DNA of 64,000 nt from Nemertoderma westbladi (GCA_032718475.1 JAUCBJ010000697.1:1-64000), one strand, 5' to 3'. Shown: positions 28,144 to 42,974, numbered from the stretch's first letter. Numbers and translations are program-made. The notes: a model not told the origin generated them from the sequence alone.

Positions 28144-28551
28144 GCCTGGCCTTGTGTTAGACTATACAATGGTGTTAGTATCCATTGATAAAATATGTTG
28201 TCGCATTATTGGTAATTAATTAATTAACACTATTATAAATATAGATACAATTAAAATCCATTAAATAAATTAGGCCTAACCCTACACCATAATCACATTG
28301 AAAAGTTCAGTGACTTTCTAGAACATTTAGTCCCCGGGGTCTTTAACAACTGATATTCTAGAATATTTCTTCTCTTTTTCGCTCCACATTTTTCTCCTTC
28401 CATTGTTCCGCCTCCTCCAACTTCTCACTAAACCAACGTCTTTCTCTCTTTAGATTATCGGCTACAAAAGCTTCTGCTTTTCTTCTCACTGGAGTGAAAG
28501 AAAATAACACTTTTCACTAAAAGAGAAGTATTATTATTCGTAATAATATTA

Positions 28552-31500
28552 TTATTACTAAGTTACTAAGCCTACTAACCACTCCTAGTCTTAATACTAA
28601 GTTACTAAGCCTACTAACCACTCCTATTCTTATTACTAAGTTAATAAGCCTACTAACCACTCCTATTCTTATTACTAAGTTACTAAGCCTACTAACCACT
28701 CCTAGTCTTATTACTAAGTTACTAAGCCTACTAACCACTCCTATTCTTATTACTAAGTTACTAAGCCTACTAACCATTCCTAGTCTTTTTACTAAGTTAC
28801 TAAGCCTACTAACCACTCATATTCTTATTACTAAGTTACTAAGCCTACTAACCATTCCTAGTCTTATTACTAAGTTACTAAGCCTACTAACCACACCTCG
28901 TCGTATTACTAAGTTAATAAGCCTACTAACCACTCCTAGTCTTATTACTAAGTTACTAAGCCTACTAACCACTCATATTCTTATTACTAAGTTAATAAGC
29001 CTACTAACCACTCCTAGTCTCATTACTAAGTTACTAAGCCTACTAACCACACCTCGTCGTATTACTAAGTTAATAAGCCTACTAACCACTCCTAGTCTTA
29101 TTACTTAGTTACTAAGCCTACTAACCACTCATATTCTTATTACTAAGTTACTAAGCCTACTAACCACTCCTAGTCTTATTACTAAGTTACTAAGCCTACT
29201 AACCACTCCTATTCTTATTACTAAGTTACTAAGCCTACTAACCATTCCTAGTCTTATTACTAAGTTACTAAGCCTACTAACCACACCTCGTCGTATTACT
29301 AAGTTACTAATCCTACTAACCACACCTCGTCGTATTACTAAGTTAATAAGCCTACTAACCACTCCTAATCTTATTACTAAGTTACTAAGCCTACTAACCA
29401 CTCATATTCTTATTACTAAGTTACTAAGCCTACTAACCATTCCTAGTCTTATTACTAAGTTACTAAGCCTACTAACCACTCCTCGTCGTATTACTAAGTT
29501 ACTAAACCTACTGACCACTCCTATTCTTATTACTAAGTTACTAAGCCTACTAACCACTCCTAGTCTTATTACTAAGTTACTAAGCCTACTAACCACACCT
29601 CGTCGTATTACTAAGTTAATAAGCCTACTAACCACTCCTAGTCTTATTACTAAGTTACTAAGCCTACTAAGCACTCCTAGTCTTATTACTAAGTTACTAA
29701 GCCTACTAACCACACCTCGTCGTATCACTAAGTTAATAAGCCTACTAACCACTCCTAGTCTTATTACTAAGTTACTAAGCCTACTAACCACTCCTAGTCT
29801 TATTACTAAGTTACTAAGCCTACTAACCACTCATAGTCTTATTACTAAGTTACTAAGCCTACTAACCAATCCTTGACTTATTACTAAGTTACTAAGCCTA
29901 CTAACCACTCCTAGTCTTATTACTAAGTTACTAAGCCTACTAACCATTCCTAGTCTTATTACTAAGTTACTAAGCCTACTAACCACTCCTAGTCTTATTA
30001 CCAAGTTACTAAGCCTACTAACCACTCCTAGTCTTATTACTAAGTTACTAAGCCTACTAACCACTCCTAGTCTTATTACTAAGTTACTAAGCCTACTAAC
30101 CACTCCTAGTCTTATTACTAAGTTACTAAGCGTACTAACCACTCCTAGTCTTATTAATAAGTTACTAAGCCTACTAACCACTCCTATTCTTATTACTAAG
30201 TTACTAAGCCTACTAACCACTCCTAGTCTTATTACTAAGTTACTAAGCCTACTAACCACTCCTAGTCTTATTACTAAGTTACTAAGCCTACTAACCACTC
30301 CTAGTCTTATTACTAAGTTACTAAGCCTACTAACCACTCCTAGTCTTATTACTAAGTTACTAAGCCTACCAACCACTCCTAGTCTTATTACTAAGTTACT
30401 AAGCCTACTAACCATTCCTAGTCTTATTACTAAGTTACTAAATCCTACTAACCACTCCTCGTCGTATTACTAAGTTACTAAGCCTACTAACCACTCCTAG
30501 TCTTATTACTAAGTTACTAAGCCTACTAACCACTCCTATTCTTATTACAAAGTTACTAAACCTACTAACCACTCCTATTCTTATTACTAAGTTACTAAGC
30601 CTACTAACCATTCCTAGTCTTATTACTAAGTTACTAAGCGTACTAACCACTCCTAGTCTTATTAATAAGTTACTAAGCCTACTAACCACTCCTAGTCTTA
30701 GTACTAAGTTACTAAGCCTACTAACCACTCCTAGTCTTATTACTAAGTTACTAAGCGTACTAACCACTCCTAGTCTTATTAATAAGTTACTAAGCGTACT
30801 AACCACTCCTAGTCTTATTAATAAGTTACTAAGCCTACTAACCACTCCTAGTCTTATTACTAAGTTACTAAGCCTACTAACCACTCCTAGTCTTATTACT
30901 AAGTTACTAAGCCTACTAACCACTCCTAGTCTTATTACTAAGTTACTAAGCCTACTAACCACTCCTAGTCTTATTACTAAGTTACTAAGCCTACCAACCA
31001 CTCCTAGTCTTATTACTAAGTTACTAAGCCTACTAACCATTCCAAGTCTTATTACTAAGTTACTAAATCCTACTAACCACTCCTCGTCGTATTACTAAGT
31101 TACTAAGCCTACTAACCACTCCTAGTCTTATTACTAAGTTACTAAGCCTACTAACCACTCCTATTCTTATTACTAAGTTACTAAACCTACTAACCACTCC
31201 TATTCTTATTACTAAGTTACTAAGCCTACTAACCATTCCTAGTCGTATTACTAAGTTACTAAGCCTACTAACCACACCTCGTCGTAATACTAAGTTAATA
31301 AGCCTACTAACCATTCCTTGTCTTATTACTAAGTTACTAAGCCTACTAACCAATCCTTGTCTTATAGGGAGTTGTGGCGGCGCAATTTTGTTGACAAGCC
31401 GGCACAGCATTCTTAAAAATGCAGCTGCAATGCAGCATGCCGATCCTAGTAGTAGTCTTATTACTAAGTTAATAAGCATACTAACCACTCCTAGTCTTAT

Positions 31501-32063
31501 TACTAAGTTAATAAGCATACTAACCACTCCTAGTCTTATTACTAAGTTACTAAGCCTACTAACCACTCCTAGTCTTATTACTAAGTTACTAAGCCTACTA
31601 ACCACACCTCGTCGTAATACTAAGTTAATAAGCCTACTAACCACTCCTAGTCTTATTACTAAGTTACTAAGCCTACTCACCACTCCTAGTCTTATTACTA
31701 AGTTACTAAGCCCACTAACCACTCCTAGTCTTATTACTAAGTTACTAAGCCTACTAACCACTCCTAGTCTTATTACTAAGTTACTAAGCCTACTAACCAC
31801 TCCTAGTCTTATTACTAAGTTACTAAGCCTACTAACCACACCTAGTCTTATTACTAAGTTACTAAGCCTACTCACCACTCCTAGTCTTATTACTAAGTTA
31901 CTAAGCCTACTAACCACTCCTAGTCTTATTACTAAGTTACTAAGCCTACTAACCACTCCTAGTCTTATTACTAAGTTACTAAGCCTACTAACCACTCCTA
32001 GTCTTATTACTAAGTTACTAAGCCTACTAACCACACCTCGTCGTAATACTAAGTTAATAAGCC
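28552..32063. repeat. 39-bp satellite (CTTATTACTAAGTTACTAAGCCTACTAACCACTCCTAGT), block 1
   Basis: Visible periodicity; 13-aa repeat ORFs. Confidence 0.97.
31366..31454 (+). mobile_element. Severely 5'-truncated RTE insertion in the satellite
   Basis: Near-identical to ~10902-10995; (TAG)n tail; GTCTTAT duplicated at 31359-31365 and 31455-31461; absent at the paralogous site near 40199. Confidence 0.9.
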
Positions 32064-33978
32064 TGTTCGCGGTATTTCAACTTTCCATAACGCGAGTTGA
32101 ATATTTTTGTATTTTATTAAAATTGATTATTCCGATATTACTACTGGGTGCGGGACCATGGGTTTTGGGCACATTCATTAAACTGGGGGCGATTTATGGG
32201 CGAACTTTGGGGCAACTTACAGGGTACGGGAATAATTTCATAGTTATAAGGGCCAGGGGGGATGGAAAATGCAAGCAGTATTCAGGTTAGCCTGAGTACT
32301 ATTAGGCCCTGGCCAACTTCCTGCTGCCTGTAGGGGTGGATTTGGTAATGCGCCAGGCCTAAAGGACAAGGACTGCCCTTAGCGGTCCCTGGCCAACAGC
32401 AGCCATTACGAGACTGAAAAGAACTCGGACCGCTGACTGCTTGTGTCAGGGATTTGCGACGAGAAACGACGGCCCCTTAGTAGCCAAGCCGTTCTGGTTC
32501 TCGATGATCGAACCCTTCGGGGTTCGTGAGGGGTGGAGCGGACACGCGAACGGGTGGCCAACTAACGACTGCCCCCTGAGCTAAGCCGTACTGGTTCTCG
32601 ATGACCGATCCCTTCGGGGTTCGTGAGGGGTGGGACGGACATGCGAAAGGGCTGGCCACAGGACGGGTTCGACGAGGACTGCCCTTAGCGGTCTCTAGTC
32701 AACGGCAGCTATTACGAGACTGAAAAGAACTCGGAACGCTGACTGCTTGTGTCAGGGATTTGCGACGGGAAACGACAGCCCCTTAGTAGCCAAGCCGTTC
32801 TGGTTCTCGATGATCGAACCCTTCGGGGTTCGTGAGGGGTGGAGCGGACACGCGAACGGGTGGCCGACTAACGACTGCCCCCTGAGCTAAGCCGTACTGG
32901 TTCTCGATGACCGATCCCTTCGGGGTTTGCGAGGGGTGGGACGGACATGCGAAAGGGCTGGCCACAGGACGGGTTCGACGAGGACTGCCCTTAGCGGTCT
33001 CTGGTCAACGGCAGCTATTACGAGACTGAAAAGAACTCGGAACGCTGACTGCTTGTACCGGGATCTGCGACGGGAACCGACGACAGACCCCTTAGCCAAG
33101 CCGTACTGGTTCTCGATGATCGTTCCCTTCGGGGTTTGTGAGGGGTGGAACGGACACGCGATGGGGTCGAAAGACAAAGGACTAGACTCTACTGGCCTAC
33201 CGACTGTTCGGAGCAGTTTCTCGGCTGCCGAAGCGACTACGAGCCTGAAAGGGACTCGGAAAGCCTAGGTGGTTGGGTTTCTGCGATGAACCGACGGACC
33301 CCTAGCCAAGCCGTTCTGGTTCTCGATGATCGTTCCCTTCGGGGTTCGTGAGGGGTGGAACGGACACGCGAACGGGTCCACCGACACGACAGACTCCTAG
33401 CTAAGCCGTACTGGTTCTCGATGACCGATCCCTTCGGGGTTCGAGAGGGGCGGTACGGATACGCGACAGAGTCTACCGACTGGACCGACCCTTAGCCAAG
33501 CCGTGCTGGTTCTCGATGATCGTTCCCTTCGGGGTTCGTGAGGGGTGGAACGGACACGCGACAGGGTCGACCGACACCGACACTACGGCACTAAGACTAG
33601 GACCGAGGGAAAATCTGGGGAACATTAGGTAGGCTAAAATCTGAGCGAACAGTGGGTAATTAAATAATATACTGTAGGGATTTATATTGTCGTGTATAAT
33701 TATTGTGAATATTTGGTGTATATTGATTTGGGGAAGCCCAAAATTATTCTCAATCAGGGTTCAACAGGGTTCAATATTGTTGACCAGGTTCAACAGAGTT
33801 CAGTTACATTAAAGAGTATATCCAACTAATGCAGCTTTTTCTCAACCGCAACCCTGCATCTCAGAAATCATTCCTTCTCCAAAATCAATATCCGGTGACT
33901 GGCCGGGGCTCAGTGGTCTGTAAAGTCACGTCTCCAGCATCGGCGTTTTTCCCCCCTGGTGTTGGGATAACGGCAACA
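32064..33978 (+). mobile_element. BEL/Pao LTR, copy 1 (part of the tandem duplication)
   Basis: Starts TGTTCGCGGTAT; likely ends ATAACGGCAACA (imperfect inverted repeat, ATTAAA ~170 bp upstream). Alternative end GCGAACA at 33651. Near-identical to the other two LTRs. Confidence 0.8.
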
Positions 33979-34417
33979 AAATTAAGAATAATTAATGCGG
34001 TTAATTTTGACAGGGTGTCAAAATTAAGAATAATTACGGTCAACTTCAACTGGTGGAAGTTGAGAATCCTTCAATACTCTTCAAAAACTCTCTACGTGCT
34101 TGCCAGCACCCACTACGAGGAAACTCTGGTATTTGAGTTGAGACGAAGTCGTGGTTTAATTAATCAACAAACTCGATCTAACCAACTCGTAGTCGGCAGA
34201 TCACATATTTGGAGAGTTGTTAAGAGGGAATGGAAGTATCGATCACACCCATTGATATAATCCAAGTTGAGCCAGGAATCTGGCACGTCGAAGTTGAAGT
34301 ACAAGGAACGAACGTCGGACGATTCAGGATTACCGTTCGGGTGGTCCAAGCTGAGTACAATACCTACGAGGAACTGTTTTATGACATCGCGTATCTAGCT
34401 ATCGACGAGGTGTTACA

Positions 34418-35526
34418 ATGACGACAAATAACGTATCCGATACCGACGAGATGGATCACCACACAGACTCGGAAGCCGACGAGGTACCAAACGTCAAGAA
34501 CATGACCCGTCGGCTAGGGGCTCTCAAAGGCGGAGTAACCCGAGCGTATCAACGGATGGAGAAACAACTCAAGGGAGTCAAAAACCCCCTCAATGAGGTA
34601 CAAACTCAGCTCCAAAGTATCCGAAATATCCTACAGCGGTACGAAAGAATGATACAGGCGTACCAAGAGCTCGTTCCCTCCACTGATCAGGAAAACTACC
34701 CCAAGTTGGAAGAACACGTTGTACATCTAGATGGGTTCCGCAAACAACACCGGAGGACCCTCAGCCTTGTGAGAGGCTATGAAGAACAGTATTACAAGAG
34801 GGCTGAAAGAACAGACGCGGAATCAGTACGATCCTCCAGCATCAGGACAGCAGTACATCGAAAGAGAACGGGGTCCGCTAGAAATCAGCACTCCAGCGCT
34901 AGGAGCGAGATATCCGGCTCAGCGCACAGTTCTCAAGGGGGGCCGCCACTCCGAGACCAACTGCGAGAACGGAAGGCATTAGCCCTCAAAGCTCGGATGG
35001 AAGATGAGTATATTCAACTGCAAGCCGAGCAAGATATATTAGCCGCCGAAATGCAAAAACGGGAGGCCGAACAAGAGGTCGAACGGCGGGCCGAGCAACA
35101 TAGACAGGAGGCTGAACAACGTGAACGAGAGGCCAGACAAGAGATCGAACAACGTAAATGGGAAGCAGAAATGCGTAAACAACACGCCGAGGCCCAAGCA
35201 ATTCTCACCCACAAAAAGAATGCGGATATTGCGAAACTCGCGGAATACGAAGCCGCACTTATAGAACGAGATATTCAACTATACGAGGACTGGGAAAGGG
35301 ATATAGATCAGGAATATGAACCAATCCCGGTACCGGAATTAGAGAAGTCACTTTCACCAACAGCGGCGAAACTTCCGAAACCCGAGATCCCGCCTACCAT
35401 ACAGTCTACCTTATCGGCACAAGCACCGGTGTTCCATCTCCCACCGGTTACGCTTAAAAATGAGGAACCGTATTTCCCATCCAACCCCACAGCAACGAGT
35501 GTACCCAAGTACGAGCCTGAAAGGGA
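34418..35526 (+). pseudogene. Gag N-terminus truncated by the duplication breakpoint
   Basis: Matches the 43163 ORF up to PKYEPERD, then switches to sequence from 28129. Confidence 0.9.
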
Positions 35527-35946
35527 TACTAACCCAGAGCCTGGCCTTGTGTTAGACTATACAATGGTGTTAGTATCCATTGATAAAATATGTTGTCGCA
35601 TTATTGGTAATTAATTAATTAACACTATTATAAATATAGATACAATTAAAATCCATTAAATAAATTAGGCCTAACCCTACACCATAATCACATTGAAAAG
35701 TTCAGTGACTTTCTAGAACATTTAGTCCCCGGGGTCTTTAACAACTGATATTCTAGAATATTTCTTCTCTTTTTCGCTCCACATTTTTCTCCTTCCATTG
35801 TTCCGCCTCCTCCAACTTCTCACTAAACCAACGTCTTTCTCTCTTTAGATTATCGGCTACAAAAGCTTCTGCTTTTCTTCTCACTGGAGTGAAAGAAAAT
35901 AACACTTTTCACTAAAAGAGAAGTATTATTATTCGTAATAATATTA

Positions 35947-38900
35947 TTATTACTAAGTTACTAAGCCTACTAACCACTCCTAGTCTTAATACTAAGTTAC
36001 TAAGCCTACTAACCACTCCTATTCTTATTACTAAGTTAATAAGCCTACTAACCACTCCTATTCTTATTACTAAGTTACTAAGCCTACTAACCACTCCTAG
36101 TCTTATTACTAAGTTACTAAGCCTACTAACCACTCCTATTCTTATTACTAAGTTACTAAGCCTACTAACCATTCCTAGTCTTTTTACTAAGTTACTAAGC
36201 CTACTAACCACTCATATTCTTATTACTAAGTTACTAAGCCTACTAACCATTCCTAGTCTTATTACTAAGTTACTAAGCCTACTAACCACACCTCGTCGTA
36301 TTACTAAGTTAATAAGCCTACTAACCACTCCTAGTCTTATTACTAAGTTACTAAGCCTACTAACCACTCATATTCTTATTACTAAGTTAATAAGCCTACT
36401 AACCACTCCTAGTCTCATTACTAAGTTACTAAGCCTACTAACCACACCTCGTCGTATTACTAAGTTAATAAGCCTACTAACCACTCCTAGTCTTATTACT
36501 TAGTTACTAAGCCTACTAACCACTCATATTCTTATTACTAAGTTACTAAGCCTACTAACCACTCCTAGTCTTATTACTAAGTTACTAAGCCTACTAACCA
36601 CTCCTATTCTTATTACTAAGTTACTAAGCCTACTAACCATTCCTAGTCTTATTACTAAGTTACTAAGCCTACTAACCACACCTCGTCGTATTACTAAGTT
36701 ACTAAGCCTACTAACCACACCTCGTCGTATTACTAAGTTAATAAGCCTACTAACCACTCCTAGTCTTATTACTAAGTTACTAAGCCTACTAACCACTCAT
36801 ATTCTTATTACTAAGTTACTAAGCCTACTAACCATTCCTAGTCTTATTACTAAGTTACTAAGCCTACTAACCACTCCTCGTCGTATTACTAAGTTACTAA
36901 ACCTACTGACCACTCCTATTCTTATTACTAAGTTACTAAGCCTACTAACCACTCCTAGTCTTATTACTAAGTTACTAAGCCTACTAACCACACCTCGTCG
37001 TATTACTAAGTTAATAAGCCTACTAACCACTCCTAGTCTTATTACTAAGTTACTAAGCCTACTAAGCACTCCTAGTCTTATTACTAAGTTACTAAGCCTA
37101 CTAACCACACCTCGTCGTATCACTAAGTTAATAAGCCTACTAACCACTCCTAGTCTTATTACTAAGTTACTAAGCCTACTAACCACTCCTAGTCTTATTA
37201 CTAAGTTACTAAGCCTACTAACCACTCATAGTCTTATTACTAAGTTACTAAGCCTACTAACCAATCCTTGACTTATTACTAAGTTACTAAGCCTACTAAC
37301 CACTCCTAGTCTTATTACTAAGTTACTAAGCCTACTAACCATTCCTAGTCTTATTACTAAGTTACTAAGCCTACTAACCACTCCTAGTCTTATTACCAAG
37401 TTACTAAGCCTACTAACCACTCCTAGTCTTATTACTAAGTTACTAAGCCTACTAACCACTCCTAGTCTTATTACTAAGTTACTAAGCCTACTAACCACTC
37501 CTAGTCTTATTACTAAGTTACTAAGCGTACTAACCACTCCTAGTCTTATTAATAAGTTACTAAGCCTACTAACCACTCCTATTCTTATTACTAAGTTACT
37601 AAGCCTACTAACCACTCCTAGTCTTATTACTAAGTTACTAAGCCTACTAACCACTCCTAGTCTTATTACTAAGTTACTAAGCCTACTAACCACTCCTAGT
37701 CTTATTACTAAGTTACTAAGCCTACTAACCACTCCTAGTCTTATTACTAAGTTACTAAGCCTACCAACCACTCCTAGTCTTATTACTAAGTTACTAAGCC
37801 TACTAACCATTCCTAGTCTTATTACTAAGTTACTAAATCCTACTAACCACTCCTCGTCGTATTACTAAGTTACTAAGCCTACTAACCACTCCTAGTCTTA
37901 TTACTAAGTTACTAAGCCTACTAACCACTCCTAGTCTTATTACTAAGTTACTAAGCCTACTAACCACTCCTAGTCTTATTACTAAGTTACTAAGCGTACT
38001 AACCACTCCTAGTCTTATTAATAAGTTACTAAGCCTACTAACCACTCCTATTCTTATTACTAAGTTACTAAGCCTACTAACCACTCCTAGTCTTATTACT
38101 AAGTTACTAAGCCTACCAACCACTCCTAGTCTTATTACTAAGTTACTAAGCCTACTAACCATTCCTAGTCTTATTACTAAGTTACTAAATCCTACTAACC
38201 ACTCCTCGTCGTATTACTAAGTTACTAAGCCTACTAACCACTCCTAGTCTTATTACTAAGTTACTAAGCCTACTAACCACTCCTAGTCTTATTACTAAGT
38301 TACTAAGCCTACTAACCACTCCTAGTCTTATTACTAAGTTACTAAGCCTACTGACCACTCCTATTCTTATTACTAAGTTACTAAGCCTACTAACCACTCC
38401 TAGTCTTATTACTAAGTTACTAAGCCTACTAACCACACCTCGTCGTATTACTAAGTTAATAAGCCTACTAACCACTCCTAGTCTTATTACTAAGTTACTA
38501 AGCCTACTAAGCACTCCTAGTCTTATTACTAAGTTACTAAGCCTACTAACCACACCTCGTCGTATCACTAAGTTAATAAGCCTACTAACCACTCCTAGTC
38601 TTATTACTAAGTTACTAAGCCTACTAACCACTCCTAGTCTTATTACTAAGTTACTAAGCCTACTAACCACTCATAGTCTTATTACTAAGTTACTAAGCCT
38701 ACTAACCAATCCTTGACTTATTACTAAGTTACTAAGCCTACTAACCACTCCTAGTCTTATTACTAAGTTACTAAGCCTACTAACCATTCCTAGTCTTATT
38801 ACTAAGTTACTAAGCCTACTAACCACTCCTAGTCTTATTACCAAGTTACTAAGCCTACTAACCACTCCTAGTCTTATTACTAAGTTACTAAGCCTACTAA

Positions 38901-40807
38901 CCACTCCTAGTCTTATTACTAAGTTACTAAGCCTACTAACCACTCCTAGTCTTATTACTAAGTTACTAAGCGTACTAACCACTCCTAGTCTTATTAATAA
39001 GTTACTAAGCCTACTAACCACTCCTATTCTTATTACTAAGTTACTAAGCCTACTAACCACTCCTAGTCTTATTACTAAGTTACTAAGCCTACTAACCACT
39101 CCTAGTCTTATTACTAAGTTACTAAGCCTACTAACCACTCCTAGTCTTATTACTAAGTTACTAAGCCTACTAACCACTCCTAGTCTTATTACTAAGTTAC
39201 TAAGCCTACCAACCACTCCTAGTCTTATTACTAAGTTACTAAGCCTACTAACCATTCCTAGTCTTATTACTAAGTTACTAAATCCTACTAACCACTCCTC
39301 GTCGTATTACTAAGTTACTAAGCCTACTAACCACTCCTAGTCTTATTACTAAGTTACTAAGCCTACTAACCACTCCTATTCTTATTACAAAGTTACTAAA
39401 CCTACTAACCACTCCTATTCTTATTACTAAGTTACTAAGCCTACTAACCATTCCTAGTCTTATTACTAAGTTACTAAGCGTACTAACCACTCCTAGTCTT
39501 ATTAATAAGTTACTAAGCCTACTAACCACTCCTAGTCTTAGTACTAAGTTACTAAACCTACTAACCACTCCTAGTCTTATTACTAAGTTACTAAGCGTAC
39601 TAACCACTCCTAGTCTTATTAATAAGTTACTAAGCGTACTAACCACTCCTAGTCTTATTAATAAGTTACTAAGCCTACTAACCACTCCTAGTCTTATTAC
39701 TAAGTTACTAAGCCTACTAACCACTCCTAGTCTTATTACTAAGTTACTAAGCCTACTAACCACTCCTAGTCTTATTACTAAGTTACTAAGCCTACTAACC
39801 ACTCCTAGTCTTATTACTAAGTTACTAAGCCTACCAACCACTCCTAGTCTTATTACTAAGTTACTAAGCCTACTAACCATTCCAAGTCTTATTACTAAGT
39901 TACTAAATCCTACTAACCACTCCTCGTCGTATTACTAAGTTACTAAGCCTACTAACCACTCCTAGTCTTATTACTAAGTTACTAAGCCTACTAACCACTC
40001 CTATTCTTATTACTAAGTTACTAAACCTACTAACCACTCCTATTCTTATTACTAAGTTACTAAGCCTACTAACCATTCCTAGTCGTATTACTAAGTTACT
40101 AAGCCTACTAACCACACCTCGTCGTAATACTAAGTTAATAAGCCTACTAACCATTCCTTGTCTTATTACTAAGTTACTAAGCCTACTAACCAATCCTTGT
40201 CTTATTACTAAGTTAATAAGCATACTAACCACTCCTAGTCTTATTACTAAGTTAATAAGCATACTAACCACTCCTAGTCTTATTACTAAGTTACTAAGCC
40301 TACTAACCACTCCTAGTCTTATTACTAAGTTACTAAGCCTACTAACCACACCTCGTCGTAATACTAAGTTAATAAGCCTACTAACCACTCCTAGTCTTAT
40401 TACTAAGTTACTAAGCCTACTCACCACTCCTAGTCTTATTACTAAGTTACTAAGCCTACTAACCACTCCTAGTCTTATTACTAAGTTACTAAGCCTACTA
40501 ACCACTCCTAGTCTTATTACTAAGTTACTAAGCCTACTAACCACTCCTAGTCTTATTACTAAGTTACTAAGCCTACTAACCACACCTAGTCTTATTACTA
40601 AGTTACTAAGCCTACTCACCACTCCTAGTCTTATTACTAAGTTACTAAGCCTACTAACCACTCCTAGTCTTATTACTAAGTTACTAAGCCTACTAACCAC
40701 TCCTAGTCTTATTACTAAGTTACTAAGCCTACTAACCACTCCTAGTCTTATTACTAAGTTACTAAGCCTACTAACCACACCTCGTCGTAATACTAAGTTA
40801 ATAAGCC
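35947..40807. repeat. 39-bp satellite, block 2 (with ~1445-bp internal expansion)
   Basis: Same variant order as block 1 plus a repeated sub-block (ORFs 37226-37810 and 38671-39255 are identical). Confidence 0.97.
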
Positions 40808-42723
40808 TGTTCGCGGTATTTCAACTTTCCATAACGCGAGTTGAATATTTTTGTATTTTATTAAAATTGATTATTCCGATATTACTACTGGGTGCGGGAC
40901 CATGGGTTTTGGGCACATTCAATAAACTGGGGGCGATTTATGGGCGAACTTTGGGGCAACTTACAGGGTACGGGAATAATTTCATAGTTATAAGGGCCAG
41001 GGGGGGATGGAAAATGCAAGCAGTATTCAGGTTAGCCTGAGTACTATTAGGCCCTGGCCAACTTCCTGCTGCCTGTAGGGGTGGATTTGGTAATGCGCCA
41101 GGCCTAAAGGACAAGGACTGCCCTTAGCGGTCCCTGGCCAACAGCAGCCATTACGAGACTGAAAAGAATTCGGACCGCTGACTGCTTGTGTCAGGGATTT
41201 GCGACGAGAAACGACGGCCCCTTAGTAGCCAAGCCGTTCTGGTTCTCGATGATCGAACCCTTTGGGGTTCGTGAGGGGTGGAGCGGACACGCGAACGGGT
41301 GGCCAACTAACGACTGCCCCCTGAGCTAAGCCATACTGGTTCTCGATGACCGATCCCTTCGGGGTTCGTGAGGGGTGGGACGGACATGCGAAAGGGCTGG
41401 CCACAGGACGGGTTCGACGAGGACTGCCCTTAGCGGTCTCTGGTCAACGGCAGCTATTACGAGACTGAAAAGAACTCGGAACGCTGACTGCTTGTGTCAG
41501 GGATTTGCGACGGGAAACGACAGCCCCTTAGTAGCCAAGCCGTTCTGGTTCTCGATGATCGAACCCTTCGGGGTTCGTGAGGGGTGGAGCGGACACGCGA
41601 ACGGGTGGCCGACTAACGACTGCCCCCTGAGCTAAGCCGTACTGGTTCTCGATGACCGATCCCTTCGGGGTTCGCGAGGGGTGGGACGGACATGCGAAAG
41701 GGCTGGCCACAGGACGGGTTCGACGAGGACTGCCCTTAGCGGTCTCTGGTCAACGGCAGCTATTACGAGACTGAAAAGAACTCGGAACGCTGACTGCTTG
41801 TACCGGGATCTGCGACGGGAACCGACGACAGACCCCTTAGCCAAGCCGTACTGGTTCTCGATGATCGTTCCCTTCGGGGTTTGTGAGGGGTGGAACGGAC
41901 ACGCGATGGGGTCGAAAGACAAAGGACTAGACTCTACTGGCCTACCGACTGTTCGGAGCAGTTTCTCGGCTGCCGAAGCGACTACGAGCCTGAAAGGGAC
42001 TCGGAAAGCCTAGGTGGTTGGGTTTCTGCGATGAACCGACGGACCCCTAGCCAAGCCGTTCTGGTTCTCGATGATCGTTCCCTTCGGGGTTCGTGAGGGG
42101 TGGAACGGACACGCGAACGGGTCCACCGACACGACAGACTCCTAGCTAAGCCGTACTGGTTCTCGATGACCGATCCCTTCGGGGTTCGAGAGGGGCGGTA
42201 CGGATACGCGACAGAGTCTACCGACTGGACCGACCCTTAGCCAAGCCGTGCTGGTTCTCGATGATCGTTCCCTTCGGGGTTCGTGAGGGGTGGAACGGAC
42301 ACGCGACAGGGTCGACCGACACCGACACTACGGCACTAAGACTAGGACCGAGGGAAAATCTGGGGAACATTAGGTAGGCTAAAATCTGAGCGAACAGTGG
42401 GTAATTAAATAATATACTGTAGGGATTTATATTGTCGTGTATAATTATTGTGAATATTTGGTGTATATTGATTTGGGGAAGCCCAAAATTATTCTCAATC
42501 AGGGTTCAACAGGGTTCAATATTGTTGACCAGGTTCAACAGAGTTCAGTTACATTAAAGAGTATATCCAACTAATGCAGCTTTTTCTCAACCGCAACCCT
42601 GCATCTCAGAAATCATTCCTTCTCCAAAATCAATATCCGGTGACTGGCCGGGGCTCAGTGGTCTGTAAAGTCACGTCTCCAGCATCGGCGTTTTTCCCCC
42701 CTGGTGTTGGGATAACGGCAACA
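40808..42723 (+). mobile_element. 5' LTR (copy 2); 3' boundary inferred
   Basis: Abrupt satellite/TGTTCGC junction; near-identical to 54067-55982. Confidence 0.82.
41120..42315 (+). other. Array of 12 structured-RNA modules within the LTR (also at 32376-33570 and 54380-55573)
   Basis: 8 copies of ..CTCGATGA(T/C)CG..CCCTTCGGGG..CG(T/C/A)GAGGGG.. and 4 copies of TACGAG-CTGAAA-CTCGGA hairpins, with complementary but variable closing stems. Confidence 0.8.
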
Positions 42724-42974
42724 AAATTAAGAATAATTAATGCGGTTAATTTTGACAGGGTGTCAAAATTAAGAATAATTACGGTCAACTTCAACTGGTG
42801 GAAGTTGAGAATCCTTCAATACTCTTCAAAAACTCTCTACGTGCTTGCCAGCACCCACTACGAGGAAACTCTGGTATTTGAGTTGAGACGAAGTCGTGGT
42901 TTAATTAATCAACAAACTCGATCTAACCAACTCGTAGTCGGCAGATCACATATTTGGAGAGTTGTTAAGAGGGA

